A stretch of 64,000 bases of DNA from Rickettsiales bacterium (GCA_038131165.1 JAYPOZ010000004.1:15493-79492); one strand, 5' to 3'; positions 27,442 through 37,138 are shown, counted from the first letter of the stretch. A program made the numbers and translations. The notes: a model not told the origin generated them from the letters alone.

Positions 27442-28080
27442 ATGAAGCCATCCGTGGACATACCCGCCGGCCTGCGGCCCACCCCGTGGAGCGACGAGCG
27501 CCGCCGCGCGCATCTGGCGAAGACCCTTGCCAAGGCCCCCGACCCGGAGGCGATCTGGGTGTTCGGCTACGGCTCGCTGATCTGGGACCCGCGCTTCGAG
27601 CCCCTGGAAACCCGCCCCGCGACACTGAAGGACCACAGCCGCTCGTTCTGTTTCTGGACGACAATGGGGCGCGGCACGCCGGAGCGGCCGGGCCTCGGTC
27701 TGGCGATCGTGCCGGGCGGCGGTCCGGTCCAAGGCCTGGCCTACCGGCTCGACCCGGCGACCCTCGACGAGGTGCTGGAGGCGCTCTGGCTGCGCGAGAT
27801 GCGGGCCGGGGTCTATCACGCGGAATGGATGCGGACGGAGACTCCGGGGGGAGACGTACACGCCATCGTGTACGTGGCCAACGACGAACACCCGAATTAT
27901 GTCGGCGAGCTGTCCCTGGAAGATAAAGCCCGCATCATGGCGGTGGCCAAGGGGGAACGAGGCTGGAGTTACGAGTATCTGGGCAGCCTGGTCAAGGAAT
28001 TTGACCGTCTCGGCATTCGCGACGAGCACCACTGCGCGCTGTACGAGCGGATACTGGAAATCGTTGCCGAACGCGCTTAG
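27442..28080 (+). CDS. ChaC-family gamma-glutamylcyclotransferase
   Basis: 212 aa from ATG 27442, with the VFGYGSLIWDP motif and ChaC-like length. Confidence 0.8.
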   Translation: MKPSVDIPAGLRPTPWSDERRRAHLAKTLAKAPDPEAIWVFGYGSLIWDPRFEPLETRPATLKDHSRSFCFWTTMGRGTPERPGLGLAIVPGGGPVQGLAYRLDPATLDEVLEALWLREMRAGVYHAEWMRTETPGGDVHAIVYVANDEHPNYVGELSLEDKARIMAVAKGERGWSYEYLGSLVKEFDRLGIRDEHHCALYERILEIVAERA

Positions 28081-28110
28081 GCGTACGTATTTGTGTGTAC
28101 GAGCGTACGT

Positions 28111-28941
28111 TTAGCGTTCCGCCAGTTTCGGCAACGCCTCGGCCGAGCCTTTCGACGGCAGGTCCGTGATCAGCATATGGGCCGGGAAATGCGTGATGCA
28201 GATTTCCGGTTTTGCCTTGGTCACCACCACTTGCGGCGTGATCCCGCAGGCCCAGAAGACCGGCACTTCGCCTTCCTCGATGACCGGCGGATCGCCGTAT
28301 TCGGGTTTCATGATGTCCGCGATGCCGATGGCCGCGGGATCGCCGAAATGCACAGGCGAGCCGTGGGTCAGCGGGAAGCGGCTGGTCACTTCGACGGCGC
28401 GGATCGCATCGGCCGGCTTGAAGGGACGCATCGAGCATACCATTCCGCCCTCGAAAGGACCGGATTTCGTGGTCGCGATATTGGTCTCGTAGGCCGGCAC
28501 CGCACGGCCGAGCTCGAGATGCCGGAGCGGCAGGCCGGCCGTGACCAGGGCCTCCTCGAAGGAATAGGAGCAGCCGAGCACGAAAGCCACGAAGTCGTCG
28601 CGCCAATATTCCGTGATGTCCGTGACGGCCTCGACGAACTCGCCGTTCTTGAAGACGCGGTATTTCGAGACGTCGCTGCGCAGGTCGAAATCGTGCGCCA
28701 GCGTCGGCAGGCCGGTGGCGCCCGCCTCCGAGACCGCGATCAGCGGGCAGGGCTTCGGATTGCGCTGGCAGAACGTGGCGAAGTCGAGCGCGTATTGCTC
28801 CGGCAGGATCGCCAGGTTGCCCTGAATGTATCCCATCGCCAAACCGGTGGTGTCGCTGGTGAATTGTCCCGCCCGAATAAGCCGCCGCACCTCGGCGGGC
28901 GACAGGTCGCGCATGTTTCGCAGAGTCTGGACGTCGTTCAT
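28111..28941 (-). CDS. DUF1445 / UPF0317 putative hydro-lyase
   Basis: 276 aa from ATG 28941, preceded by GAGGGAG. The sequence (GYIQGNLAILP...FCQRNPKPCPL...VFWACGITPQ) is typical of the UPF0317 family. Confidence 0.75.
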   Translation of the reverse strand: MNDVQTLRNMRDLSPAEVRRLIRAGQFTSDTTGLAMGYIQGNLAILPEQYALDFATFCQRNPKPCPLIAVSEAGATGLPTLAHDFDLRSDVSKYRVFKNGEFVEAVTDITEYWRDDFVAFVLGCSYSFEEALVTAGLPLRHLELGRAVPAYETNIATTKSGPFEGGMVCSMRPFKPADAIRAVEVTSRFPLTHGSPVHFGDPAAIGIADIMKPEYGDPPVIEEGEVPVFWACGITPQVVVTKAKPEICITHFPAHMLITDLPSKGSAEALPKLAER

Positions 28942-29072
28942 GATCTCACTCCCTCGCCGGTCTATCGCCGGGTAGTTTCGGCTCATTTCGGCGCGGAGTC
29001 CACCGGGCTCCTGACGGAAATGTGAAATCGACGGCTTGTCGCCTGCAAGGCGACAGGCCAAACTCCGGCCCC

Positions 29073-29858
29073 ATGAAATGGATAAAACGTCTCAGTACTT
29101 TGTTGGTCTTGCTGCTCGCGGGGCCGCTCCTGGTGCTCGGCGGAGGTGACGTAATGGGCAAGGCATGGTGGGAGGCGTCGCGCGAATCCGCGGGGCTTGC
29201 GCCCGATCCCCGCGCGACCCCGGAGGCGGTGGTCCAGGTCTATGCGGCGCGCGCCTTCAGCTGGCGGGGGGCCTTCGGCGTGCACACCTGGATTTCGGTG
29301 AAGCCCACGGGGGCGGCCCATTTTACCGTCTATCACGTGGTCGGCTGGCGGGTGCGCGGCGGCGGCGACGCGGTGGTCATCGAGCGCGATATTCCGGACC
29401 GCCTGTGGTATGACAGCGTGCCCGAGATTCTGACGGACATCCGGGGTCCCGGGGTCGACGCGGTGATCGCGAAGATCGATGCGGCGGCGCGCGCCTATCC
29501 CTACCGCGACACCTATACGGTGTGGCCCGGCCCCAACAGCAACACCTTTACCGCCTGGATTGCGCGGCGGGTGCCGGAACTGCAGCTCGATCTGCCGCCC
29601 ACCGCCATCGGCAAGGACTGGCTCGGGCCCGACGGTCCCGTCGCCCGGGCGCCCAGCGGCACCGGCTATCAGGTCTCGCTGTACGGCCTGGCGGGGCTGC
29701 TTGTCGGCGTCGAGGAGGGGGTCGAGGTCAACGTGATCGGGTTGAACTTCGGCCTCGATCCGATGGGGTTTGCGCTGCGTCTGCCGGGCATCGGCCGGGT
29801 CGGTCTTGCCGGCGCCGCGGCGCCCCGGACATTGCCGGCGGCGGAGGGCGGCGAATGA
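29073..29858 (+). CDS. DUF3750 domain protein with N-terminal signal/anchor
   Basis: ATG 29073 (MKWIKRLSTLLVLLLAGPLLVL) and the motif VWPGPNSNTFTAW. Function unknown. Confidence 0.6.
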   Translation: MKWIKRLSTLLVLLLAGPLLVLGGGDVMGKAWWEASRESAGLAPDPRATPEAVVQVYAARAFSWRGAFGVHTWISVKPTGAAHFTVYHVVGWRVRGGGDAVVIERDIPDRLWYDSVPEILTDIRGPGVDAVIAKIDAAARAYPYRDTYTVWPGPNSNTFTAWIARRVPELQLDLPPTAIGKDWLGPDGPVARAPSGTGYQVSLYGLAGLLVGVEEGVEVNVIGLNFGLDPMGFALRLPGIGRVGLAGAAAPRTLPAAEGGE

Positions 29859-30586
29859 GCATTTGGGGCAAGATCATCGGCGGTGCCGCCGGATTTGCCA
29901 TCGGCGGCCCCATCGGCGCGCTGATCGGCGCCGTCGCCGGCCACGCGGTCGACCGCGCTCGGGCGCAATCGTCGACGGCGCCGGAGGACGCGACCAAGTC
30001 CATCGCCTTCACGATCGCGACGATCGCGCTCGGCGCCAAGATGGCGAAAGCGGACGGCGTGGTGACCCGCGACGAGGTCGACGTCTTCAAACAGGTCTTC
30101 CGGGTGCCGCCCGAGGAGGTCAAAAACGTCTCGCGGGTCTTTGATCAGGCGCGCCGGGACAGCGGCGGGTTCGAACCCTATGCGCGCCAGATCTCCGGCA
30201 TGTTCGCCGAACAGCCGGCGGTGCTGGAGGAATTGCTCTATTGCCTGACCCTGATCGCGCGGGCCGACGGTGTGATGCATCCGGGCGAAATCGTCTATCT
30301 GCGCTCGGTCTCCGATATCTTCGGGCTCGACAATGCCGCGTTCGAACGCATCACCGAGATCACCACGGGCGGCGATTCGGCCGATCCCTATAAGGTGCTG
30401 GGCGTCTCCAGGGACCTGTCGAACGACGCGCTCAAGGCGGCGTACCGCAAGCTGGTGCGCGAAAACCACCCGGACAAACTGATCGCCGACGGCATGCCGG
30501 AAGATCTGGTCGAGATGGCCAACGACAAGCTCGCCGCGATCAACAATGCCTACGACAAGATTTCCGCCGAGCGCGGGATCAAATAG
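29855..30586 (+). CDS. djlA: DjlA-like co-chaperone (TM segment + TerB-like domain + C-terminal J domain)
   Basis: Gly-rich N-terminal TM segment, then a C-terminal J domain (DPYKVLGVSRDLSNDALKAAYRKLVRENHPDK). The start overlaps the upstream stop (ATGA). Confidence 0.8.
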   Translation: MSIWGKIIGGAAGFAIGGPIGALIGAVAGHAVDRARAQSSTAPEDATKSIAFTIATIALGAKMAKADGVVTRDEVDVFKQVFRVPPEEVKNVSRVFDQARRDSGGFEPYARQISGMFAEQPAVLEELLYCLTLIARADGVMHPGEIVYLRSVSDIFGLDNAAFERITEITTGGDSADPYKVLGVSRDLSNDALKAAYRKLVRENHPDKLIADGMPEDLVEMANDKLAAINNAYDKISAERGIK

Positions 30587-30603
30587 GCCGGGGGCGGCTC
30601 CGC

Positions 30604-31278
30604 ATGGACATCGAGGACCGGCCCTCACCCAATTGCGATGCCCGGCCGGACGGCGCCCAGGTCGATATGCTGGTGCTGCACTATACCGGCATGCCGACGG
30701 GGGAGGCGGCGCTCGCGCGCCTGCTCGACATCGAGTACGAGGTCAGCGCCCATTATCTCATCGAGGAGGACGGCCGCATATTCCGTCTGGTGGCGGAGGC
30801 GGACCGGGCCTGGCATGCGGGCGTCTCCTATTGGCGGGGGCACCGCGACGTGAACGCCCGCTCCATCGGCATCGAGTTGGTCAATCCGGGGCACGAGTAC
30901 GGCTACCGCCCGTTCCCGGAGCCTCAGATGGCGGCCCTCGAGGCCCTGTCGCGCGACATCCTGGCCCGCCATCCGATCCCGCCCCGCAACGTCGTCGGCC
31001 ATTCCGACGTGGCGCCCGCGCGCAAGACCGATCCCGGCGAGCTCTTCGATTGGCGCAGTCTGGCGGCACAGGGGATCGGCCTGTGGCCGGCGCCGGCGGC
31101 ATCGGGCCCTACCGACGTGATGGATGCGCTTTCCGCCATCGGTTACGACATTACGGACTACGCCCTCGCCCTGGCCGCCTTCCAGCGCCATTTCCGCCCG
31201 GCCGAGGTCCACGGCGTCGCCGATCCGGACACCTTACGCTGGCTGCAGGGTCTGGCGGAGCTTTGCGAGCGGTCCTAA
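30604..31278 (+). CDS. N-acetylmuramoyl-L-alanine amidase (AmpD/Amidase_2 type)
   Basis: 224 aa with VLHYTG...SAHYLI...RAWHAG...NARSIGIELVN...VVGHSDVAP.RKTDPG, typical of AmpD-like anhydro-amidases. Confidence 0.8.
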   Translation: MDIEDRPSPNCDARPDGAQVDMLVLHYTGMPTGEAALARLLDIEYEVSAHYLIEEDGRIFRLVAEADRAWHAGVSYWRGHRDVNARSIGIELVNPGHEYGYRPFPEPQMAALEALSRDILARHPIPPRNVVGHSDVAPARKTDPGELFDWRSLAAQGIGLWPAPAASGPTDVMDALSAIGYDITDYALALAAFQRHFRPAEVHGVADPDTLRWLQGLAELCERS

Positions 31279-31283
31279 CTGCT

Positions 31284-31312
31284 TTCGCAGGCCGCCGTTT
31301 CGCATGTATAAT
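31284..31312 (+). promoter_or_regulatory. candidate rnpB promoter (-35 TTCGCA 31284-31289, 17-nt spacer, -10 TATAAT 31307-31312)
   Basis: A consensus -10 hexamer lies about 11 nt upstream of the first base of the RNase P RNA P1 stem. Confidence 0.5.
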
Positions 31313-31323
31313 GAACGCGGTGT

Positions 31324-31733
<410 letters not shown>

Positions 31734-31994
31734 CCAATTCCCGGTCCGTGACGAAGGTAAGAGCTCATTGATTTGGTCTTGGCGCCCACGCTGTCCCAAA
31801 TAATCGCAAAGGCGAACTAAGAGAGAACATTTAGGGAACGAAATACGGCAGCAGTTGTGCAATGAATTTGTCGAAACACTAGACCTTGTGTTTCATTATG
31901 AATACAACGCGATTCTTTGATTATTTGATGAGAACATGTATTACTTCTATTTCTTCCATTCGATTATTATTTGTTTGCATTGACTTTCCATTTT

Positions 31995-32020
31995 ATCCCA
32001 TGATATCCCAAGAAATCCCA
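31995..32020 (-). promoter_or_regulatory. three phased direct repeats TGGGAT (ATCCCA on the + strand) at exact 10-bp spacing: candidate MraZ operator
   Basis: ATCCCA occurs at 31995-32000, 32005-32010 and 32015-32020, 71 nt upstream of the mraZ ATG. A TTGACT hexamer lies at 31980-31985. Confidence 0.6.
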
Positions 32021-32091
32021 GAATGCGCCAGTGCGAAAGTCCGCCTGCGCCTTCCGGGGGGATGAAACGGGGAAGATCGGAAACCGCGCCG

Positions 32092-32550
32092 ATGGCGTTG
32101 TTCGCAGGCACATACGAGAACCGGATCGACCGAAAGGGCCGCGTTTCCCTGCCGGCGGATTTCCGCGCCGAGCTGCCGGTCGAAGGGAACCGCATCGTGT
32201 ATGTCTATCCCTCCCCGCGCGGCGGCGCTCTGGAGGCCTGCGACCGGGCCTTCATGCAGCGCATGGCCGATAGTCTCGAACAATTCGATATGTTCTCCGA
32301 CGAGGAAAACGATCTCGCCTCGATCATCGTCGCCGAAGCGCGCCGGGTCTCGATCGACGGCGAGGGCCGCGTGTTGCTGCCGCCCGAACTGATTGAATTC
32401 GCCGGGATCGACGAACGCGTCACGTTCGTCGGCCGCGGCGCCCGGTTCCAGATCTGGGACCCGACGGCCTTCAGCGAGAGCGCGGCGCAAGCCCGCGAAC
32501 GCGCGAAGGGCCGCACCATGCGGCTGCTGCCGGTGGAGGGACGAGAATGA
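32092..32550 (+). CDS. mraZ: transcriptional regulator MraZ
   Basis: 152 aa from ATG 32092 ([21 protein letters not shown]). Both SpoVT-AbrB repeats are present (DRKGRVSLP and DGEGRVLLP). It is the first gene of the dcw cluster. Confidence 0.9.
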   Translation: MALFAGTYENRIDRKGRVSLPADFRAELPVEGNRIVYVYPSPRGGALEACDRAFMQRMADSLEQFDMFSDEENDLASIIVAEARRVSIDGEGRVLLPPELIEFAGIDERVTFVGRGARFQIWDPTAFSESAAQARERAKGRTMRLLPVEGRE

Positions 32551-33524
32551 GTGCCCCCGCCACCTCTTCCGAAGATCGGCATATCCCCGTCATGCTGGAC
32601 GAGGTGATGGAAGCTTTGGCGCCCCGCGACGGCGGCGCCTATGTCGACGGCACCTTCGGCGTCGGCGGTTATACGCGCGCCATCCTCGATGCGGCGGATA
32701 CCACCGTGTGGGCCATCGACCGGGATCCGGAAGCCATCGAGCGCGGCGCGGCGCTCGCGCGGAAGTACGGTGCCCGCCTGACCATGGTGCAGGGCCGCTT
32801 TGGCGAGATGACGGATCTCCTGCGCGCGGCGGGCGTCGATCGCGTCGATGGCGTGGTGTTCGACCTCGGCGTGTCCTCGCCGCAGATCGACGACGCGGCG
32901 CGCGGATTTTCGTTTCGCTTCGATGGACCGCTCGACATGCGGATGGAAAAACACGGACCAAGCGCCGCGGATGTGGTGAATTCGATGGAGGAGGCCGACC
33001 TCGCCCGCCTCATTCGCCGCCTGGGCGAAGAGAAGCGGGCGCGCCGCGTGGCTCATGCGATCGTGGAGGCGCGGGCGGAGGGGCCGATTACCCGCACGTC
33101 GGAACTCGCCGATATCGTCCGCCGGGTCGTGCCGCAAGGCCGCTCCCGGATCGATCCGGCCACCCGGACCTTCATGGCGCTGCGGCTGCACGTCAACGCC
33201 GAACTCGACGAGTTGGAGGCCGGGTTGCGGGCGGCCGAGGAAATGCTGGCGCCGGGCGGCCGCTTGGTCGTGGTCTCCTTCCATTCGCTGGAAGACCGCC
33301 GGGTGAAGACCTTCCTGCAAGAACGGGGCGGCGCTCTGCCGTCCGGATCGCGCCACCAACCGCCGATCGAATCGCGCCACGCGCCGAGTTTCCGCCTGCT
33401 CCGCCGGGGCGCGGCTCAGGCAAGCGAGGTCGAACTTGGCCGCAATGCGCGCGCCCGTTCCGCCCGCCTGCGCGCCGCCGAACGCACCGCCGCGCCGGCC
33501 TGGCCATTGGAGGCGGCGGCATGA
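32547..33524 (+). CDS. rsmH: 16S rRNA (cytosine1402-N4)-methyltransferase RsmH
   Basis: 325 aa with HIPVML, the SAM motif [20 protein letters not shown] and SFHSLEDR. Confidence 0.95.
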   Translation: MSAPATSSEDRHIPVMLDEVMEALAPRDGGAYVDGTFGVGGYTRAILDAADTTVWAIDRDPEAIERGAALARKYGARLTMVQGRFGEMTDLLRAAGVDRVDGVVFDLGVSSPQIDDAARGFSFRFDGPLDMRMEKHGPSAADVVNSMEEADLARLIRRLGEEKRARRVAHAIVEARAEGPITRTSELADIVRRVVPQGRSRIDPATRTFMALRLHVNAELDELEAGLRAAEEMLAPGGRLVVVSFHSLEDRRVKTFLQERGGALPSGSRHQPPIESRHAPSFRLLRRGAAQASEVELGRNARARSARLRAAERTAAPAWPLEAAA

Positions 33525-33889
33525 GACTGACCCTCGTCATCGTTTGGATCGCGCTCGCCGCCGCCGCCGTCGCCGCGATGTTCCACATTTCCTTCGAGGT
33601 GGAGAAGCTCGAAGCCCGCCTGCACGACGTCAACCGGCAGATCGTGCGCGAGCAGGAAGCCATTCACGTGCTGCAGGCCGAATGGAGCTACCTGAACCGG
33701 CCGCAGCGGCTCGAAACGTTGTCCCAGGAGTTGCTCCCCAATCTGACGCCGGTGGCGTCGACCCAGTTCACCACATTCGCGCGCTTGCCCAAGCGGCACG
33801 AAACCAATGGTGCGGACGAGAACCCCTCGATCGCACCGGCCGGATTTGCGCCGACGGCGGAGTCCATCGCGAGAGGTCGCCTGCAATGA
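33521..33889 (+). CDS. ftsL: cell division protein FtsL (alphaproteobacterial type)
   Basis: 122-aa bitopic protein with an N-terminal TM segment ([17 protein letters not shown]) and a coiled coil ([15 protein letters not shown]). ATGA overlap with rsmH, and in the conserved position. Confidence 0.8.
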   Translation: MRLTLVIVWIALAAAAVAAMFHISFEVEKLEARLHDVNRQIVREQEAIHVLQAEWSYLNRPQRLETLSQELLPNLTPVASTQFTTFARLPKRHETNGADENPSIAPAGFAPTAESIARGRLQ

Positions 33890-35655
33890 TCGAACGTCTG
33901 AAACGCGCCCGCCGACTGGCGCATCCGGTCCCTCCCGCACAACGCGGCCAACGCCGCCGACCCTGCGTGCCATGCCCGCCCGAGAGCAATATCGGCCCCG
34001 CGCGCGAAGCGATCGAGACCGGCCGCATGCGCCTCACGATTACCGGGGCGATCCTGACGCTCGCCTTCGCGGTGGTCGGGATGCGCCTTGTCGACGTCTC
34101 CATGCTGCAGGCCGCCGTCGAGCCGCGCGCCTTGCACGCGCCGAAAACCGCCTCGCTGCAATTCAATCGGGCCGATATCGTCGACCGAAACGGCATCCTG
34201 CTCGCAACCAGCCTCCCGACGGCTTCCTTGTATGCCGACCCGCGCCAGGTCTTGGACCCGGCTGTCGCCGCACAGCGCCTTGTGGAAGTGTTTCCCGAAC
34301 TCGACCGCGCCCAGCTCGAGACCCGGCTGGCCTCCAAGCGCGCGTTCGTCTGGATCAAGCGCGACGTGACGCCGCGCGAGCAATGGAACGTGATCCGGCT
34401 CGGCTTGCCCGGAATCGAATTCCGACGCGAGGAAACGCGCGTGTATCCGCAGGGACGCCTGATGTCGCATGTCTTGGGATATGTGGATGTCGACGAAAGA
34501 GGGATCGCCGGCATCGAGCGCCGTTTCGAGCGCGAGCTGCGCGACCGGTCGGCGCCGCTGGCACTGTCGATCGACATGCGGATGCAGCATGCGCTCTGCG
34601 GTGAACTGGCCGCCGCCCAGCAGGAATTCGAGGCGCTGGGCGCGGCCGGATTGATCCTGGATGTACGCACCAGCGAAGTGATGGCGCTCTGTTCGCTGCC
34701 CGATTTCGACCCCAACGAAGCGGGAACGGCGGTCGGCGACGCGCGCTTCAACCGCGTGGCGCTTGGGGTCTATGAACTCGGCTCAGCGTTCAAAATTTTC
34801 AATACCGCGATGGCCCTCGATGCCGGTATCGCCCGGCTCGACGACAGATACGATGCGACGAAGCCGTTGAAGATCTCCCGCTTCACCATCCGGGATTTTC
34901 ACGCGAAGCAGCGTTGGCTCTCGGTCTCCGAGATATTCATGTATTCCTCCAACATCGGGTCCGCGCGGTTGGCCCTGGAAGTCGGCGGCGAAGCGCAACA
35001 GGCGTTTCTTGGCGAGATCGGCCTCCTGAAGCCGTCGGAAATCGAATTGCCCGAGGTCGGCGCGCCCCTGGTGCCCGACGTCTGGCGGCCGATCAGCACC
35101 ATGACCATCGGCTTCGGCCATGGCATCGCGGTCAGTCCGCTGCAAATGGCCGCGGGCGTTGCGGCGATGGTCAACGGCGGCACGTTCCGTCAGCCCACCC
35201 TGATCAAACGCGGCGATGGCGAGGCACCGGCGCAACGGGTGATCTCCGAGAGGACATCGAAGCAGGTCCGTCAATTGATGCGGCTCGTGGTCGAAAAAGG
35301 CACCGGCAGCCGCGCCGAAGCGCCGGGTTATCTTGTCGGCGGCAAGACAGGCACGGCGGAGAAAAGCGGGTCGGGTGGGTATCAGCGCCGCGCGTTGCTT
35401 TCCTCGTTCGTCGGCACCTTCCCCACCGATGATCCCCGCTATGTCGTCTTCGCGCTCTTGGACGAGCCGAAAGGCAACAAGAAAACACATGGATACGCCA
35501 CCGGCGGATGGGTTGCGGCCCCGATCGTCGGCAAGGTGGTCCGCAAGATCGGACCGATCGCCGGAATTCGCCCCCAAGACCCCGATGTGCCACCAATTCG
35601 CCGCGATTTGGCCATGGATCGGACGCCTGGGGCGCGGACACTTGCGTCTTTCTGA
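33886..35655 (+). CDS. ftsI: peptidoglycan D,D-transpeptidase FtsI (PBP3)
   Basis: 589 aa with a TM anchor, a dimerisation domain and a transpeptidase domain. Motifs are SAFK (YELGSAFKIF), SSN (MYSSNIG) and KTG (GGKTGTAE). The ATGA overlap with ftsL supports the start. Confidence 0.9.
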   Translation: MIERLKRARRLAHPVPPAQRGQRRRPCVPCPPESNIGPAREAIETGRMRLTITGAILTLAFAVVGMRLVDVSMLQAAVEPRALHAPKTASLQFNRADIVDRNGILLATSLPTASLYADPRQVLDPAVAAQRLVEVFPELDRAQLETRLASKRAFVWIKRDVTPREQWNVIRLGLPGIEFRREETRVYPQGRLMSHVLGYVDVDERGIAGIERRFERELRDRSAPLALSIDMRMQHALCGELAAAQQEFEALGAAGLILDVRTSEVMALCSLPDFDPNEAGTAVGDARFNRVALGVYELGSAFKIFNTAMALDAGIARLDDRYDATKPLKISRFTIRDFHAKQRWLSVSEIFMYSSNIGSARLALEVGGEAQQAFLGEIGLLKPSEIELPEVGAPLVPDVWRPISTMTIGFGHGIAVSPLQMAAGVAAMVNGGTFRQPTLIKRGDGEAPAQRVISERTSKQVRQLMRLVVEKGTGSRAEAPGYLVGGKTGTAEKSGSGGYQRRALLSSFVGTFPTDDPRYVVFALLDEPKGNKKTHGYATGGWVAAPIVGKVVRKIGPIAGIRPQDPDVPPIRRDLAMDRTPGARTLASF

Positions 35656-35659
35656 GTTA

Positions 35660-37105
35660 GTGAATGGAGCAGAATTGGACCACGCCACGGTTCTGGACGA
35701 CGTAACGATCACAGGTTTGACCGCGGATAGCCGCGCGGTTCGGCCGGGATATCTTTTTGCCGCGATTCCGGGCACGCGGCTCGACGGACGCGATTTCATC
35801 GACGCGGCGGTGCGCGCCGGCGCCACGGCGGTACTGGCGCCGCCGGACGTTACCAAAGACCGCGTATCGCCGGGCATCTCTCTGATCACGGCCGATAACC
35901 CCCGCCGCAGCCTCGCGCGCATGGCCGCCGTTTTCTACGACCGAAAGCCCGAGACCATCGTCGCGGTCACCGGCACCAACGGCAAGACATCGGTCGCCTC
36001 CTTCGCGCGTCAGATATGGAACGCGTTGGGCCGGAAATCCGCAAGCATGGGCACGCTGGGTCTGGTCGGGCCCGGTCTCGGATCCGAAGCGGGGCTGACC
36101 ACGCCCGATCCGGTCGAACTCCACAAAAAACTCCATGAGCTAGCGGAAGCCGGCTTCCAGAACATCGCGATCGAGGCATCCAGCCACGGTCTCGACCAGT
36201 TCCGTCTCGACGGCGTGCCGATCCGCGCCGCCGCGTTCACCAACCTGACCCGCGATCACCTGGATTATCACGGCTCGATGAAGCTTTACCGGAAGGCGAA
36301 AATGCGCTTGTTCCGGGAACTCCTGATGCCCGGCGGCGCCATGGTCGTCAACGCGGAGACGCCGGAATACCCGGCGTTGCTGGAGATCGCCAAGTCGCGC
36401 GGGTTGGAGCTGTTCTCTTACGGTCTGGCCAAGGGCGACATTCGCTGCCGGAGCATGGAGCCGACGGAAGACGGCTGGCATTTGGACCTTGATGTCCTGG
36501 GCACCCAACATCCCCTGAGCTTCCCGCTGATGGGATCGTTCCAGATCGAAAACGCCCTGGCGGCGTTGGGGCTGGTCATTGCCTGCGGTGGCGAGTACGC
36601 GAAGGCCTGCGCGGCGCTGGAAGTCCTCGAAGGCGTGCCGGGACGCATGGAAACCGTGGCCCGACTGCCGTCGGGTGCGCGCATCATCGTCGACTACGCC
36701 CACACGCCCGATGCCTTGGAGACGGTGTTGACGGCCGTACGGCCGCATGTCGCCCGTCGACTGACCGTCGTCTTCGGCTGCGGCGGCGACCGCGATAAGG
36801 GCAAGCGTCCGGAAATGGGGGCGATCGCCGCGAAACTGGCCGACGGCATTATTATCACCGACGACAATCCGCGCCATGAAGACCCGGGAACGATCCGCAA
36901 GGAAATCGCCGCGGCCTGTCCGGACTCCGTCGAAGTCGCCGGCCGGCGGGATGCAATCGGCGTCGCCGTGGCCGATCTTTCGGAAGGGGATATCCTGATC
37001 GTGGCCGGCAAAGGGCACGAGACCGGGCAGATCGTCGGCGACGAAGTCATTCCGTTCTCGGACGCGGATGTGGTCCGGGAATGTGCCCGAGGCGCCGCGC
37101 GATGA
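35660..37105 (+). CDS. murE: UDP-N-acetylmuramoyl-L-alanyl-D-glutamate--2,6-diaminopimelate ligase
   Basis: 481 aa from in-frame GTG 35660. Has the Mur ligase P-loop VTGTNGKTSV and a DNPR motif (TDDNPRHEDP). Confidence 0.9.
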   Translation: MNGAELDHATVLDDVTITGLTADSRAVRPGYLFAAIPGTRLDGRDFIDAAVRAGATAVLAPPDVTKDRVSPGISLITADNPRRSLARMAAVFYDRKPETIVAVTGTNGKTSVASFARQIWNALGRKSASMGTLGLVGPGLGSEAGLTTPDPVELHKKLHELAEAGFQNIAIEASSHGLDQFRLDGVPIRAAAFTNLTRDHLDYHGSMKLYRKAKMRLFRELLMPGGAMVVNAETPEYPALLEIAKSRGLELFSYGLAKGDIRCRSMEPTEDGWHLDLDVLGTQHPLSFPLMGSFQIENALAALGLVIACGGEYAKACAALEVLEGVPGRMETVARLPSGARIIVDYAHTPDALETVLTAVRPHVARRLTVVFGCGGDRDKGKRPEMGAIAAKLADGIIITDDNPRHEDPGTIRKEIAAACPDSVEVAGRRDAIGVAVADLSEGDILIVAGKGHETGQIVGDEVIPFSDADVVRECARGAAR

Positions 37106-37138
37106 GCATTCTTGGATTTTCGGCTCCGGGAGGCGCGC

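Noticed and set aside
24864-27533. An 889-aa antisense ORF of exactly the same length as the aconitase ORF.
   Set aside because: The equal length is a coincidence. The plus-strand product has the aconitase Fe-S ligand and substrate motifs, and the antisense product is compositionally aberrant.
28081-28110. A duplicated octamer GCGTACGT (28081-28088 and 28103-10 of 28103-28110) between the convergent chaC and DUF1445 genes, considered as a bidirectional terminator.
   Set aside because: Only a 6-bp self-complementary core (CGTACG) could pair, across a 16-nt loop. That is too weak to call.
31995-32020. Regularly spaced short repeats considered as a CRISPR or tandem-repeat array.
   Set aside because: The units are 6 nt at a 10-bp period with only three copies, which is far too short. 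The position upstream of mraZ fits an operator instead.
35660-37105. The possibility that murE is a murE-murF fusion, or that murB or ftsQ hides a ddl domain, which would explain the missing genes.
   Set aside because: The lengths (481, 311 and 284 aa) are those of single-domain proteins. Only one Mur-ligase P-loop is present in MurE, and no ATP-grasp motifs were seen.
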